Shown piece by piece: positions 1 through 14,637 of a DNA stretch of 64,000 nt. The notes beneath the pieces are model-generated. The model worked only from the letters and a program-made list of their open reading frames with translations. It searched no databases and was not told the DNA's origin. This DNA comes from a virus: IMG/VR virus record IMGVR_UViG_3300027956_000006, one strand, 5' to 3'. Each line of letters opens with the position of its first letter. The stretch's first letter is position 1. The position numbers and the translations under genes were made by a program.

Positions 1-2844
1 CAGGAAATTGATGAAAGACTGGTGAGATATAATAAAGAAAAACAATGCTTTTTTGCTAATACCTCGATCATATGGTATATGCATCATCCCGCAAAAGTTA
101 AAAAAATGCGTTTTTCAAAATCAACTACATATAATGAGGAGATTTTAAAACGCATTACTATTGCTATACAGGATAGAAAAGATCACCATGAAAGCGGGAG
201 AACAAATTACGATATAAGTTTTGAATACAGTTATAAAAAGGGTAATAAAGCATGGTATAGTGAGGAATTTAAAAATTGCGGGAATGGGCATTACTATCTC
301 GCATTAGACGCAACGCACGCATTATTTTATGAGGATGACTAGAGAGAAAGGATAAATATATGAAGAAATTATATTGTAAGGAATGTGATAAGGAGATATC
401 CATGTTGCTTAACCAATCAACCACATGGCATGAATATTTTTTTACATTAGATAATAAGGGCTATACAAATTATGAAGAAAATAAAACTTGGGATGGTGGG
501 GATAACTTATATGCATGTCCTAAATGTAATGCAGTATTGTTTTCGGATGAAGTAAGCGCAATCAAATTCTTGAAAGGAGAAATTTAACATGAAAATGAAA
601 TATATTATATTTGAAACATTAAATGGTTTAAGAGTCCCTATCATATTCCCGGACTTTATTGACCATAGTGATATAAGAAATCAATGTCCTATGTATAAAC
701 CACTATCTGCTGGGAGAATACACTACAACAACGATGAAACTACCTTAATATGTACGGGCGAAAGTACAACTTTAAGATTAAAAAGTTTACCTGAAGATGA
801 AGAATTTATTAACCGTTGTTTAGGTAAATATTAATTCTTATGTATAGAACATTTACACGTACTTGGTGGAAAAATAATTCTTCATGGCCAAATGGCTTAG
901 AACCTTATCCGGGAAGAAAACACTATTATAATACTTACGAAACTCAGGAAGAAGCGCGAAACGCGTGCCAGGAATATAACGCAACACACAAACCTGGTAG
1001 ACTAAGTAAAAAGATGGAATATGAATCGTTTTAAGACAAAACATGTTTCCTTAAGAACGATTCAAGGAATCGAAGAAGCGGAAGCATTACAAGCTACTGG
1101 GTGGAAAATTATAGCCTCAAGTATTGATGTTTTAATATTTGAGAAATTATGCGGGAGGGATGAAAATGAATACTATTAAAATTATAAACGAAATACCTTA
1201 TGAAAGGGTGCAAGATTTACTTTGTAGTGCTTTTGAGGGGGGAAGCAATTATTGGTATGAGATTATTTCATACAATTATCCTAAGGGTGAAACACGTCAA
1301 AGTTTGAATATACGCCACCAACATATACAATTACCATTTAAAGGTGGAAGTATAACTATTCGCTCAAGTGAAACTGATGATGAGCCAAATTACATATTGG
1401 ATTTAAACGCTATTGAAAAGGGATTACAACTTATGGCGACAAAATTCCCTGATCATTTTGCTGATTTTATTAAAGAACAGGATGACGCAACAACAGGAGA
1501 TGTTTTTCTACAATGTTGTTTATTCAAGGATGTGATATATGGATAAGGATAAAATAAAAATAAAATATTTACAACATAAAGCAAAGGGAAAACAAGCAAG
1601 TTTTTTTTATGATGGTGATGTCGCTATACTTACATATAAAGGGAGAGAAGTAACATTGGTTGCAGCTGGAGAGATTAGAATATACAACAAAAATCAGGAA
1701 CTTGTGTATGATTGTAAAGCACGCAACTCTGGTTTCCCTGAATTAAAACATAATGAACCAAAAAACGATAAAGATCTGGTAAGAATAGAAAATCTCGGTT
1801 ATACATGGGGTCTAAATAACTGGTTTGAAGTAATTTTTACATACGATGTTATTAATGGTGTAAAACAACAGGACTCTATTTTAGGCGACGTAGCGTTTAC
1901 ATATGATGAAGGATTGGAATTAGCTAAATATTATTTAACTGATGATGAGTTTTGGAAACAATTTAAAAAGGAAAAAAGATGATACGTATTAATTTACCCC
2001 TTTTGAATAAACAAATCCATGATTTACTTATATCTAATATTTCTGAAGATAGCAAAACTGGTCTGCATAACCTTTTAGGAGAAATAAAGGATAGTTTTGA
2101 TGCTTCTAAAATAATACAAATTGGTTTAGAGAGGAGAGATACTAAAAAAGGAATAAAAAATGTTTAAAGATGTTTTCGCAACAAAACCAGACGCAATAAA
2201 CGCAGAAGGCACTTCTTTTTGGTTAGATAAAGACTCTATGGAATATGTTCAACATATTAAACTAAAAAATGTCCAGGTATTATTTTTAAAAACTCAAGAT
2301 GGATATAAAACAAGAGTTATTGTACGTAATGGAGAATATTTATTTGAAAGCCAAAAATGGGAGGATATATTATGTCATTTAGACGCTATGAATTTTGCAA
2401 AAAAATAACAATAGGTGTTATAATAGTAATGCTATTACTTTTAAATATATCGCAAGGATTCGCACATATATATAAAATCCCTGATAAATTATGGCAGGCA
2501 ATAATCGCTGAGGATACAAGTGGTGATTTTATTACAACACTACATATCGCTTCTTGTGTAAGGAATAGGCTAGAAAGAGGTATGTCACATGGTTTGGTTG
2601 CAATGAAAAGAAAAAATTTAACAACATTTGTAAGAAAGGAATGCAACTATGTATTAAAAACAAAACATATTAGTTTAGAGTACCAAGCGAAAAGGGCATT
2701 ATATGAAGTTTTTACTTTAAATAAAGACTATTGTAATGGAGCAACATACTATGAACACACTGGTAAATATCCCATACCTCTATATACCTATAAAATGAGA
2801 GTTATAAAAATATTGTATAAAAACACAAAAAAAGAAATAACATT

Positions 2845-3276
2845 TTGGAGAGAAAAATAATGTTTAAGTTCCAAGTTGAAGAATTAGCCAAGACCTTATT
2901 TACACAGCATGGCTTAAATAACTATACACTAATATTTAAAAATCGTAATAGCGTATTAGGATCGTGCAATCGTAGTAAAAAAGTAATTACCCTGTCAAAT
3001 AATTTTGTTTTAATAAATAATCATGATGAGGTTAAAAAAGTGTTATTGCATGAAATAGCACACGCTTTAACTAAAGGAGGACATAATACATATTTTAGGG
3101 CTAAATGCTTAGAATTAGGTATTAGTCCCAAAAAAAATAATACAACAGCTCTTGTTGTGCACAGATATATTGGGATTTGCCAAAAATGTGGACAAAAAAT
3201 ACATAGAAATAGAATAATACGCGGATACCATTGTAAAAATTATAAAATAATTTGGGAAAAAAATCCCCATTTTTAA
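2845..3276 (+). CDS. SprT-like zinc metalloprotease (HExxH plus C-terminal Cys4 zinc ribbon)
   Basis: Translated ORF contains LLHEIAHAL (HExxH) followed by CQKCGQKIHRNRIIRGYHC zinc-ribbon; architecture typical of SprT family. Confidence 0.5.
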   Translation: MERKIMFKFQVEELAKTLFTQHGLNNYTLIFKNRNSVLGSCNRSKKVITLSNNFVLINNHDEVKKVLLHEIAHALTKGGHNTYFRAKCLELGISPKKNNTTALVVHRYIGICQKCGQKIHRNRIIRGYHCKNYKIIWEKNPHF

Positions 3277-5762
3277 AGGAGAGACAATGAAAAAACATAA
3301 AATAATTAAGATTACTGAAACAGAAGCTTGTACCCATTTAAAAAGGTATATTGATGAATGCGATGGTGATGAATTAGCGCGTTTATTAGGTGACATATTC
3401 GGTGGTGAATGTAATCAAAATAATATAGACATAACAATATACGATTTTATACCAAATCAATATTATAGTTTTGAATTCAACTATTTAAAAAAGGAGAAAA
3501 ATGTTTAAATTTCATTTTCATAAATATAAAATAGTAGCGGTTCAAAAAAGTTTGGATTTTTATGACAGACCTATAAGTATAGTGCTGTATAAATGTACTT
3601 ATCTGGATTGTTTAAAATTAAAAACTAAAGAAATAGATGGTCATTGGAAATTAGAAGAATTGCAAAGTTAGAACATAGAAAGGGGAATAATAATGAAATT
3701 ACGTTTCTTTGATTTGATCTTGGATCAAGCTGGTTTTAATCATATTAATTTATATGCTACTATCGAATATGATGAAAATAATACCGATGATTTTGATAAG
3801 AAATACCAAGATGTTTATGATGCTTTTAATAACGACAAATTCGATGATGGTATGGGATTACCTTATTTTCATACTTTATTACCAGAAGATGAACTCACAA
3901 ATTTACGTAACGCAATTAATAAAGAATTAGAGGAAAGATAGAAAGGAGATAACAATATGAGAGAAGATTATAAGTATAAAATCAGTATTTATGGTACAAT
4001 TAAAGAGATAAACTTCGCTAAGACCATATTGGAAAAATTAAATTTATCAGGTTCAGAATCTGATGATAGGTTAATAATCCAAAATTCGATAGATACATAT
4101 AAAATAAAGGCACATATTTTATATGATGGTAATAATGTTTATTCCTATAATAAAATTATAAGAGATTTTAAAAAAGCGTTAAAATCAAAACCTAGCGAGA
4201 TTTCAGAATATGGTTCTGGTGACTGGGACATGACTGATGCCTTATATAAATTCTTTTCGTTAGTATGTGGTAGTATCGCTCATTATAATAAATATGGGTG
4301 GATTGGCACATATCCAACAAAAGACGATTTAAAACGATTTTGTAAATGCAATGAATTTGGGCAGGATATAGTAAAACACCAACCTAATTGGGCAACTGAT
4401 AGAATTAAAATAACAAAAGCTATGTTAAACATAATTGGAGATTGAGAATAAAATGATAAAATTATTAACAAAGGAATTAACATTTTACGAACAAGAATTA
4501 AAATTTACTTTAAGGATTAATGACAAAACAGCAGTGGTATTTTATTATGTTAAAAATGACCCACAATTTAGCGAATATGATATGGAAATTGAAATTAAGG
4601 ATAAAGATAATTTCACTGATGTAGAATGTGAAATGATAGAAGAATTTATTACTGACCAAACTACGGAGGTAACAAATGGATAAAACAATAACATCGAATG
4701 AATTATTAAGTGCATTGGACATGTTTACCGGTACGGAACATTATTACAAACATACTTTAAGCGGATATGTTTATACTGATGGTATACATTTTTTAGCAAT
4801 TAAAGCAAACGCTTTTTGGCTTTTAGATAAAATTTTAATTACTTCCCGTTATAAAGCTAAATTACAAGAGTTTGGCGTATGGAAACTCACCGTTAATCAA
4901 GACAGAACAGCAAAACTTGTTTGTGAAGATGGTAATTATAACACCCTTTATACTGAAAATCTTGATTATACTGATTTCCCCTTAAAAGAAATAGAGGTGT
5001 GGTTTGAGAATGGTGTTTTAATTTTACCAAGTGAACATTGATACAAAATAAAACTTTTTAAAGGATAAAAAATAATGTTAAAAAGGATTAAAACATTATC
5101 AGAGTTAAAAAAGTTATCGAAAAGATATGGTGGAATATCAGTAACATTATATTTAAAAGATGGACTAAGAGCTTCTAAGGGAATAGAATATGTAAATGGT
5201 AAGTATGAAATTTGGAGTATGGTTGATGATTCTGTTACATCAAGTTTTGAAGATTCAAATATTGTAGAAGCAATTAAAAATAATACCTTGTTTTATGATG
5301 ATTAAAATATAAATTCAAAAGGAGATTGAATGTATGTAATAGAAGATAGACAAATACCTGGTAGATTATTCGCAGACGGAGTGACATTCAAAACTAAAGA
5401 GGAGATAGTAGACCAACTTGCTGATTATCATAGTATTGATTTTAGTGGATGTTTAGAAAACAATGATAAGCGTACAATATTCCAATATTTAAAATCATTT
5501 AAAACCGTTCAGAAGAAATTAGATTTTCTTCTTAATTATGGTCAATGGAGTATAAAAAAAATAACAAAAAGGGAGAGAGAAATATGAACAAACATGTTAA
5601 AACTATTTGGGCAGAAATAAAAAAGCTACCCAAGAACAAGCTTTATGTTTTATTACAGGATTATGATGATTATGTTATTGAAATAACAGACAGACAAGAT
5701 GGAAGCGTACCGGCATGTGTTGCTGAATTTTATGAAAATGATTATCCAGAATTAAAAGGAGC

Positions 5763-6278
5763 ATGATGAAAATAAAAGAAATAGGAAATAAAATTACAAT
5801 CACTGGGGAAGTGCAGTGTAACTCTTGTAAAGGGACTGGGTTATACCAAGGTATGGGCGAAAGAGACGGTGCTTTTGTAGTTTGTTGGGATTGTAATGGA
5901 ACTGGAAAAGAAAATGTAAGGATAGAATATATTAAATTTAAGGGTAGAGTGTTACGCTCTAAATGTAAAAGAGTATACTCTAATGGAATGGGATATTGTA
6001 TTACAGATAAAGATATTGTTTCTTCTCAAGGAATAAAGTTTCCTTTTTCTGAGTTTGGTTGTTCATATAAAGATTGGCAGAATGGCGTAAACCCAATTCC
6101 TTTAAAATTTTTAGGCTGTCCTTATCAAGAAACTAATCAAGCATTACAGTCTAAGGATGTTAATAATTTATATAAACTCCGTTGTAAAAATAATTTAGGT
6201 TTTAGTGATATTCGACATTGTAAACTATATTCTGATAAAGAAACTTGTTGGTCAATATTTGAAGGAAAGGGGAAATAA
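5763..6278 (+). CDS. Cys-rich protein with DnaJ-type CxxCxGxG zinc-finger repeats
   Basis: CNSCKGTG and CWDCNGTGKE motifs in translation. Confidence 0.4.
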   Translation: MMKIKEIGNKITITGEVQCNSCKGTGLYQGMGERDGAFVVCWDCNGTGKENVRIEYIKFKGRVLRSKCKRVYSNGMGYCITDKDIVSSQGIKFPFSEFGCSYKDWQNGVNPIPLKFLGCPYQETNQALQSKDVNNLYKLRCKNNLGFSDIRHCKLYSDKETCWSIFEGKGK

Positions 6279-7828
6279 TAAAATGAAACTATCTGTTAAA
6301 TATTACAATGAATATATTGCCATTATGCAAGGTAAGGAAGAAATTATTGGGTGGGAAATATGTGAATGGGAAGAAGACCCACAAATTGTATTCGCAATTT
6401 GTCATGCTATTCAATTAGTAATAAAAAACCCTAAAAAATTACTAAGATTAATAAAAAATAATAGTACAAAAAAATCATTAAAGGAAGGATTATATAATGC
6501 AATACCTTAATCAAAAAGCGGTAAAACAAGTTTTTAGAGGTAAAAAACAATTATCTAAAGATGCCTTAATTTCTATTGATAGAAAAGTAGGTTTATATCT
6601 TGAAAAGTTGGCAACTGTTCCAAGAGAAAAACGTTTAACTGAATTTATAATCAATTATTATAAAATAACAGCATAAGGAGGATATATTTAATGGGATATA
6701 CTCATTATTGGTATATTGTAAAAGAAATAGATTTATCTATTATGAAACAAATAGTAGATGATTTTAAAAAAGTCTTACCGATATTAAACAAGTATGTTGA
6801 TTTAGCTAATGGTAATGGCGAAGGAAATCCAGTAATTTCTTATAATGAAATATGTTTTAATGGTCGTCAAGAATGTAACCATTTAAAAGATGAATTAGGT
6901 ATCGCATGGCCAAGTGATGATGCGGGGGGTATAGCTACTCCTTATAAAGAAGATGTTAAAAAAGGTGATTGGTTTGCTGGTGTATTGTTACAAAAAAGAA
7001 CATGTGGTGGTAATTGTGCTCATGAATCCATGATGATAGAACGCATAAAATCGTTACGAGAATGGGATAGCCCTAAAGAAAATGGTTTATATTTTGATTT
7101 TTGTAAAACAGCGTTTAAACCTTATGATTTAGCCGTAATTACTTTATTAATAATAGCAAAACATTATTTAAAGGAAAAAATAAAAGTAAGTAGCGATGGA
7201 ACAGACGCGCAATGGTTTGACGGTAAAATGTTATGTCAACAGGAGCTAGAATATGGATTAGATTTTGAATTAAATATAACATAAAAGATAACCAAGAGAA
7301 AGGTGAACATGCATAGAAAGCATTATAAAATTATGTACATAATAAAAAAATAAACAAAATAGTTATCTTTCAGATAAAATATAAGGCGGAAAATAAGCGA
7401 TTTAAGGAGATTAAAATGGCTTTACAAACAAATAAAGTAAAAAAATGTTGCGTCCTAGTAAAAAGTTCTGTTGAAGAATACTTTTTGTTTCAACCATTTA
7501 AAGTGCCCACTACATTCTCTTTAACAGAAATATATGATTATATAAAGGAAAACTATGGTGAAAATTATAGCTCAAATTGGTTGCTTACTGATGAAGAAAG
7601 GGATATATTAAATACGTTAATATTACAAATTATACAAAGAAAGGAGATTTAATGTGCACAACAAATACGGAGATATTAAACATGTACTTAGGATGTTTAT
7701 GTAATACTTGTTTTAAGAAATGTTTTGATCTCCGAGATATGGTAATTAATTTTGAAGGTCTGTGTAATAAGTGTAAAGAAAATATATCAAATTTTGAAAA
7801 TATAACATTAACTTAAAGGAGATTTAAA

Positions 7829-8365
7829 ATGAAAAAAATAGTTGCAATGATATTAGGGTTTATAATGGTATTAATTCAATTTGTTTATGCTGATACCATA
7901 GTTTTAAACAACGGTAATGTTTTAGAATGTAATATTGAATTAATTGATACCACAGTAATTAAGGCGTATATTGTGATAGATGGAAAAGCTACAAATTGTG
8001 AAATAACTATACCTTTAAATGAAATAAAGTCATATGAGGATAATAAAGAATATGAAGATATTGCATATGCGCCATTAACAGTTGAGGAAAAAATAGTAGC
8101 AAGAAACAATTTTGAAAAACGCATGGAAGAAATAAAAACAGATGTTATGACAAAACAATCCTTAGAATATAATTATGCAATTGAAAAAATGAAATATGAA
8201 ACTTTATGGGCACAAAGCTTTTTAGTAGCTGAACACAATAAACCAATAAACCATACAAGTGTATTATTAAAAAATAATATTACTTCAACATCGTTTTCAG
8301 ATCTGGATAATACACAAGGTAAAAATATAAAAACAATTAATGATAGTATGGTGACATTACATTAA
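7829..8365 (+). CDS. secreted protein (N-terminal signal peptide), unknown function
   Basis: MKKIVAMILGFIMVLIQFVYA hydrophobic leader; RBS AAGGAG upstream. Confidence 0.4.
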   Translation: MKKIVAMILGFIMVLIQFVYADTIVLNNGNVLECNIELIDTTVIKAYIVIDGKATNCEITIPLNEIKSYEDNKEYEDIAYAPLTVEEKIVARNNFEKRMEEIKTDVMTKQSLEYNYAIEKMKYETLWAQSFLVAEHNKPINHTSVLLKNNITSTSFSDLDNTQGKNIKTINDSMVTLH

Positions 8366-10669
8366 GGAGTATTATGTATCAATCTAATTCAATATTATTC
8401 CAAATTAAACAATTTTATGTTATACCAACAACTGGTAAATTTAATACCCAAGAAATCAATCAATGGTTAAAAGACAATAACGATATGATATGGAGTGTAA
8501 AAGCTATTACACAAACGGAAGATACATTAACGATTTTATATGAAGCACACGAAAAATAACCCTCAGAAAGGATTAAATAATGGATAGAATTAGATTAATT
8601 ATTTATGGTAGAACAGATGGTGCAGAAGAAGGTGTCGTCTTTACTGATGATTATAAATGCCCCGCTACTGATTGGTGTGCACCTGGGTGGGTGGTTATTT
8701 ATGATAAAATAATTACTTCAGAATTACCTCATATTTTCCCTTTAAACTATTTTTTAAAAAAAGAGGATTAATTTTATAAAATGTTATATCAAAAATTTAA
8801 TGCTCCAAAAAAAATTGTTGAAGGACAATTACGTGTCTGGCATATACCTCAAGTGCCAATGCATTCTTTTTATGTATATGTTAATACAATACAAGAAGGT
8901 AAGCTAGTCCTTGACACTTTAGCGTATTACGATTTATTCCAATTAAAATATAATATTAAACCAGATTATAGTAACGCTGGTGGATTACAAGTATATGAAA
9001 AAGGTGAATGGTGTGATTGGGAAGATAAAGAAGGAAACGATATTGATAGTACCCCATTATTACAAGGGGTAGAGCAATGATAAAAGCTTTTTAACCTACA
9101 ATAAAATTAAGGAGTATTAAATGCAACCCGATATTATTTGTACACAAAATTGTGGAAGTAGAATAGATAACAGAAAAAGCGTATACTTTATCAGTGAACT
9201 TAGAAAAACAGGTCGTGGTTATCAAGTTTGTATCGCGAAAGAAGGAGAGCTTGGGTTTTATCTAACAGATTGGTATTGGAATTGTAGTAGAGCAGACGCA
9301 GAAATACTTTGTGAAGAAAAAAATAAAGCATTGGGTATCAACAAAAAAGAAGCAATGAAAATAATATTAATGAGTATGAGAAAAAAGGTTCCAACAAAAG
9401 AAAAGTTACTGTAACATATCTATTAATATATAAGGAGAAAAGTGGAAAAGAATGTATTTTGTGAAATTTTAATAAAAATTAAAGAAGCACGCATTAATAG
9501 CTTACAAAATCTTAATTCACAAGAGGCGCGGATATTACAGTTAGAAATTCCTATATTACAAGCAGAAATTACTGAACTGAAAAAAATTCAACATCAAATA
9601 ATATGAGAAAGGGTAAATATGCAAAGGATTGTTATGACAGGTTTATTAGTACGTAATAAAAAAGAATGGAAACAAGTAGAAGATGGGTTTCGTGATGCAG
9701 GGTTTAAAAAACCTAAATTAATTTTTAAGTTTAAAACTCTGCCTGGGAAAAACGGTTCTGGTGGGCGAAGTGATATTATTGCTGATGTAGATGATAAAGA
9801 TGTTAGTAAATTAGCTATCCATCATTTTCATTTAAGTGGTTTATTTTCTTGGTCAGAAGATTATTTAGCAAATAACAGAGAAATAATTCCTACAAAAGCA
9901 TTGGAATATATCCTAAATAAATAGTTTATAAAAATATAAATTGGAGGTAAAAATGAATAAACAAATGAATGAACAAATAAAAGAACATGAATCTTATGGG
10001 TTATTATCAATAGCTAGAGGACAATGTAGCGATGGCGTATCATTATTTGGTAGTAGTATTAAACACCGAAAATTAATTACATTAGAAATACATTCCGCAG
10101 AAATAAAACGTTCTTTAAATAACGATTACTATCATCCTAAAAAACTTTTAATAAGTATAGATATGTCTCCCACACAATTTGCAGAAGCAATAACTACGCT
10201 AAATGTAGGTACTGGTGCGCCAATAACGCTAAGGTTTGTTAATGGAAGACGTTTATCAAATTGTCCCTTTGAAAACAAAGTCGCACAATTTAACTCAGAG
10301 TTTTCTAATGATATGAAAGATTTAGGTAAAAAGGCTGATGCAACTATTGATATGATAAAAACATTATGTTCCTTACCAAGAGTAACAAAGGGACAATTAA
10401 ATGAATTATATTCTTTGATTGTAAAACTACGTCAAGATATTAAAGATGATATACCTTTTGTTAATAAACAGTTTACTGAACAAATGGAAAAAACTATTAA
10501 TGAAGCTAAGGGGGAAATTGAATCCTTTATTACTTCAGCAATACACCAAACAGGTTTGAAAACATTACAAACAAAAGCACCACAGCTAGAATTTGATAAA
10601 TTTATAGAAGTTGGTGAAAATAAATGATAAAAGTGCAGTCTAATATAAAAAACATAAAGGAAGAATAAT

Positions 10670-11029
10670 ATGGGTAGACGAAAGGGATCTAAAAACAAAC
10701 CTAAAAAAGATGAACAAAAACCTATTTTTATAAAAGAAACTATACTTGATTCAAGCCATAGTTCTCTTATTAAAAGAGGTAGAGGAAGACCAAGGAAAAT
10801 AGCAATAGTTCCTCAAGTTGAGAAATTAGAGTTTAAATCTATTAAAAGATCTCCAGCAACTCTTTTAGTGTCAAATACAAACTATCATGATGATAATGGA
10901 TGCAGCTATTTTAAAATTTGTAAAGGTGTAAATACAAAAGAAGAAAATAAAACATGCTTTAATCCTTTATATTTTATAGATAAATTGCAAAGAAAATGTA
11001 AAGAATTAAAAACCAATATGGAGGAATAA
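10670..11029 (+). CDS. AT-hook DNA-binding protein
   Basis: KRGRGRPRK AT-hook motif and basic N-terminus. Confidence 0.45.
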   Translation: MGRRKGSKNKPKKDEQKPIFIKETILDSSHSSLIKRGRGRPRKIAIVPQVEKLEFKSIKRSPATLLVSNTNYHDDNGCSYFKICKGVNTKEENKTCFNPLYFIDKLQRKCKELKTNMEE

Positions 11030-11630
11030 ATGGAACAATTAACTATTAAAGAAAAAAAATTTAAAGAGAAAGCTGAATCATTAGGTTATACTGTGCGTAC
11101 ATATTCAGGACGTGGTATGTTTGGTAGATCATGTCCCGCTGTAACCGTAGATAACCCAAATGATTTTATTGCAGAAATAGGAATGAAAGGGTTAAAAATT
11201 GATAATATGGGTAGAAGTTATATAGTTTATACGGGATAAATAAAATGAAGAATAAAAAACACGAACCAACAAGAGAAGAAATTCTAAACACTATTGGAGA
11301 TTGTTTTCAACAAATATATCAATGGTGTAATCCAGCTAATGTTGATTTTTGTGAAAATATGGTTAAGTATCAACATCAGGCAGATGCGTTAATAGAATTA
11401 CTTGAAGTACATGATACTGGATCATGTTTATCTCATACAGGTAGTCTTTGGAAAAGATTCGTAAAACGATATAATCAGTATAATGATATTACAAACAAAA
11501 GGTTTGGTTGTGACATTTCTTCATTTAAGGATTTAAATAAGTTTTTTACATTACAAAAGGTTGACTAAAGGGAGTAATTAATGTGTATAAATAAGATAAA
11601 AAATTTGAGTTGTAAATTAGAAAAATTAAA

Positions 11631-12521
11631 ATGCAAAAAATATTAACCAAGACAGGTTTAGTAGTATATGACAAAGATACTCCTAGTACGATACGGTTTA
11701 ACACGGAAGAAACTGATAAATTATTAAACCAAGCAATTCGTTATGATAAACTCGATTATCATTGTGAAGTTGTACATATGGAGATCTCAGACCAATGTAA
11801 TATGCAATGCAATTATTGTTATAACAAAAAGGAAAGAAACGAACTAACCACAAACGAATGGCGCACTATTATTAATAGTTTATCTGAATACGGTGTATTT
11901 CAGATTACATTAGGTGGCGGTGAGCCATTAATGCGTAATGATTGGTTTAAATTAGCACAACATGCCTTTAATAAAGGGTTAAATATTGGTATGACAACTA
12001 ATGGAATATTGTTACCAGTAATAGAGCATAAAGAAATCCATTTATTTAAACAAATCAATGTTTCGTATCATGGGGATTTAAACATCTTAGAAAATACCCT
12101 ATTTTATTTATCTATGCATAAAATAAAATCTGGGATTAATTTTATTATGCGTAAAGAGTATCTTTCAACTTTACCTACAGTGGCAAAAATAGCACAACAA
12201 TATAATAGTGAATTATTACTCTTAACTTATAAACCATTAATAAACGATAAAGAACAGATTATCGCACCAAAAGATGTTTATAACTATGCTACACAATATG
12301 AAAAAGAAGTGAATGTAGCTGTTGATGGGTTAACGTGTTATGGCACAACACAGGATTATTGTTTACAAAAAAGAACATTTTGCGATATAGATAGTATGGG
12401 AAATGTCTATCCATGTTCATTTATACGTAAAAGTATTGGTAATGTACTAATAGAATCATTTAAAACAATATGGAAATCTAGAGGGAAACAAGAACAATGC
12501 CCATTTTTACAAAACAATTAA
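11631..12521 (+). CDS. radical SAM enzyme
   Basis: CNMQCNYC (Cx3Cx2C) cluster near N-terminus followed by GGGEPL glycine-rich SAM motif. Confidence 0.7.
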   Translation: MQKILTKTGLVVYDKDTPSTIRFNTEETDKLLNQAIRYDKLDYHCEVVHMEISDQCNMQCNYCYNKKERNELTTNEWRTIINSLSEYGVFQITLGGGEPLMRNDWFKLAQHAFNKGLNIGMTTNGILLPVIEHKEIHLFKQINVSYHGDLNILENTLFYLSMHKIKSGINFIMRKEYLSTLPTVAKIAQQYNSELLLLTYKPLINDKEQIIAPKDVYNYATQYEKEVNVAVDGLTCYGTTQDYCLQKRTFCDIDSMGNVYPCSFIRKSIGNVLIESFKTIWKSRGKQEQCPFLQNN

Positions 12522-13522
12522 AAAGGAGAATAGAATGAGAATTGAATATGGGATAAATCCAAATTGTAGCGAAGCGGTATTTAGATTCTATACCTTAGAA
12601 CCTAAAAAAATACATACAATATTACAATCAATCGCTAATGAAATTTCCAATGAAACTGATTTTACACCACATAAGAAACAAAAAATACCTCTTTTAAAAA
12701 ACGCTGATGATTATGACACCAATTATCATAAGGCAACCAATCAAGAATACGATACTCATTATAAAATAATTAGTGTTTTAGCAGCAAAACGTAACAAACA
12801 AAACGCGACTAAAAAGGAGATTGCTGAAGCTGAAAAAGCACTAAAGATAGAGTATGAACGTTTTAGAAAATTACAATATCGTAATAGTGTATCATTAAAA
12901 GCATGCGCTGGTCTTGGTGATAATGACGCTATTATTACAGTTGAAAAAGAAAATGGATCTTTTCGTTTAAATATAGGTAACAATGATATACAAAATAATA
13001 AAACTAATTGGATAGAAAAAGTAAAAGCATTAGATATTAAGATTGAAGAAGCAGAAGTAGGTGAGAATAATTTAAAAGATTATGCACGTGATTGTACATG
13101 CGGTGTGGTATTTTTTGAATAATGCAAAAATTAATAATTGGTATTAAAATTGATGATAAGATAAACTATCTTAAAACAATAGAAATCCAAGAAAATATTG
13201 ACATAATAAATAGGTTAATTAAAGTTATAGATACTTTTATAAAATATAATCTAGAATAGGAGATAAAAAAATGGAAAAATTATCTAAAAAAGTCATTAAA
13301 GAGAAAATTGCCTTATTAGAAGAGGCTAGAGAGTTAATAGAAAAAGCGGTTGCTAATATTCGTGAAGCCGTACAAGATACTTCTGAAGATTCTAGAGCAG
13401 CTGCATATATTATACCAACATTGGAAATGTGTTGTTATGAAAGTACTAATTGGTTAGGTAAACAAGAATCGAATATCGAAGAATTAATAAACAGTTTAGA
13501 AGAAAGCGAGGATGAGGATTAA

Positions 13523-14359
13523 ATGAGCCATTTTTCTGTTTTAGTTATTGGTAGTAATATAGAAAAACAATTAAACCCATACGATGAAAATAAAAAAGTT
13601 AAAGCTTATAAACGTGATTGTTATTGTATAAATCTAATCGCAAAAGAAGAAGCTAGGGAAGAAACTGGGAAGTTATATAAAAATATTGATACATTAAGAG
13701 AAGAATTTAAAAAAGAACAAGACCAGAGTGACGCTAACTGGAAAAAATTTATATCACAATATGAGGATATATTAGATAGCTGTATAACAAATCACCCTCA
13801 ATATAATAAACCAGACCCTAATTGTAAAGAATGTCACGGGACTGGTAAAGAAAGTACAACTTATAACCCAAAAAGTAAGTGGGATTGGTACCAAATTGGT
13901 GGACGATGGGCGGGTATGTTGAAGTTAAAGAAAAATGCACGCTCTGGGTTAAAGGGGTCTAAATCGTTATTGGATGACCATAATCCTTATTTAACTGGCG
14001 TGGTTGATAGTGCTTTGAAAAAAGATATTGATTTTGAGGGAATGCAACATGATATAACATTAAAAAATGACTTAGAAATACAATGGGAAAATTATATGGA
14101 AAAGAAAGGATGGTATAGTAAAGAATACATTATTCAAAAATATGGTACAAAAGAAAATTATGTTATTTCTAATATGCGTTTTTATACATTTGCAGTAGTA
14201 AAAAAGGGCGAATGGTATGAAGTTGGTACAATGGGTTGGTTCGGTTGTTCAAGTGAAACCATAGATGAAGATAAATTATGGGAGGAAAAATATTTCGAAA
14301 CTTTTATTCAACCTTTAGCGAATAATGTACGTTTAACCATTATTGATTGTCATATTTAA
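13523..14359 (+). CDS. hypothetical protein with CxxCxGxG zinc finger
   Basis: CKECHGTGKE motif; otherwise unrecognised. Confidence 0.3.
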   Translation: MSHFSVLVIGSNIEKQLNPYDENKKVKAYKRDCYCINLIAKEEAREETGKLYKNIDTLREEFKKEQDQSDANWKKFISQYEDILDSCITNHPQYNKPDPNCKECHGTGKESTTYNPKSKWDWYQIGGRWAGMLKLKKNARSGLKGSKSLLDDHNPYLTGVVDSALKKDIDFEGMQHDITLKNDLEIQWENYMEKKGWYSKEYIIQKYGTKENYVISNMRFYTFAVVKKGEWYEVGTMGWFGCSSETIDEDKLWEEKYFETFIQPLANNVRLTIIDCHI

Positions 14360-14637
14360 AAAGGAGAAATAAAATGAACAATAAATTAATTTTAGCAATT
14401 ATATTATTTACTTTATTAATATGTGGATGTACTGATGAACCAAGAACGAAAAGGGTATTAGAGCAAAGTGGATATACTAATGTAAAAATTACAGGTTATA
14501 GATTTTTTGGATGTGGGGAAGATGATGATTGTGCGACAGGATTTATAGCGACAGCACCTAATGGGGACATAGTTTCAGGTGTTGTTTGTAGTGGATTTTA
14601 TAGTTTTAGCAAGGGTGCAACAATCAGATTAGATTAA
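14347..14637 (+). CDS. small lipoprotein
   Basis: Signal peptide ending in lipobox LLICGC. Confidence 0.45.
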   Translation: MSYLKRRNKMNNKLILAIILFTLLICGCTDEPRTKRVLEQSGYTNVKITGYRFFGCGEDDDCATGFIATAPNGDIVSGVVCSGFYSFSKGATIRLD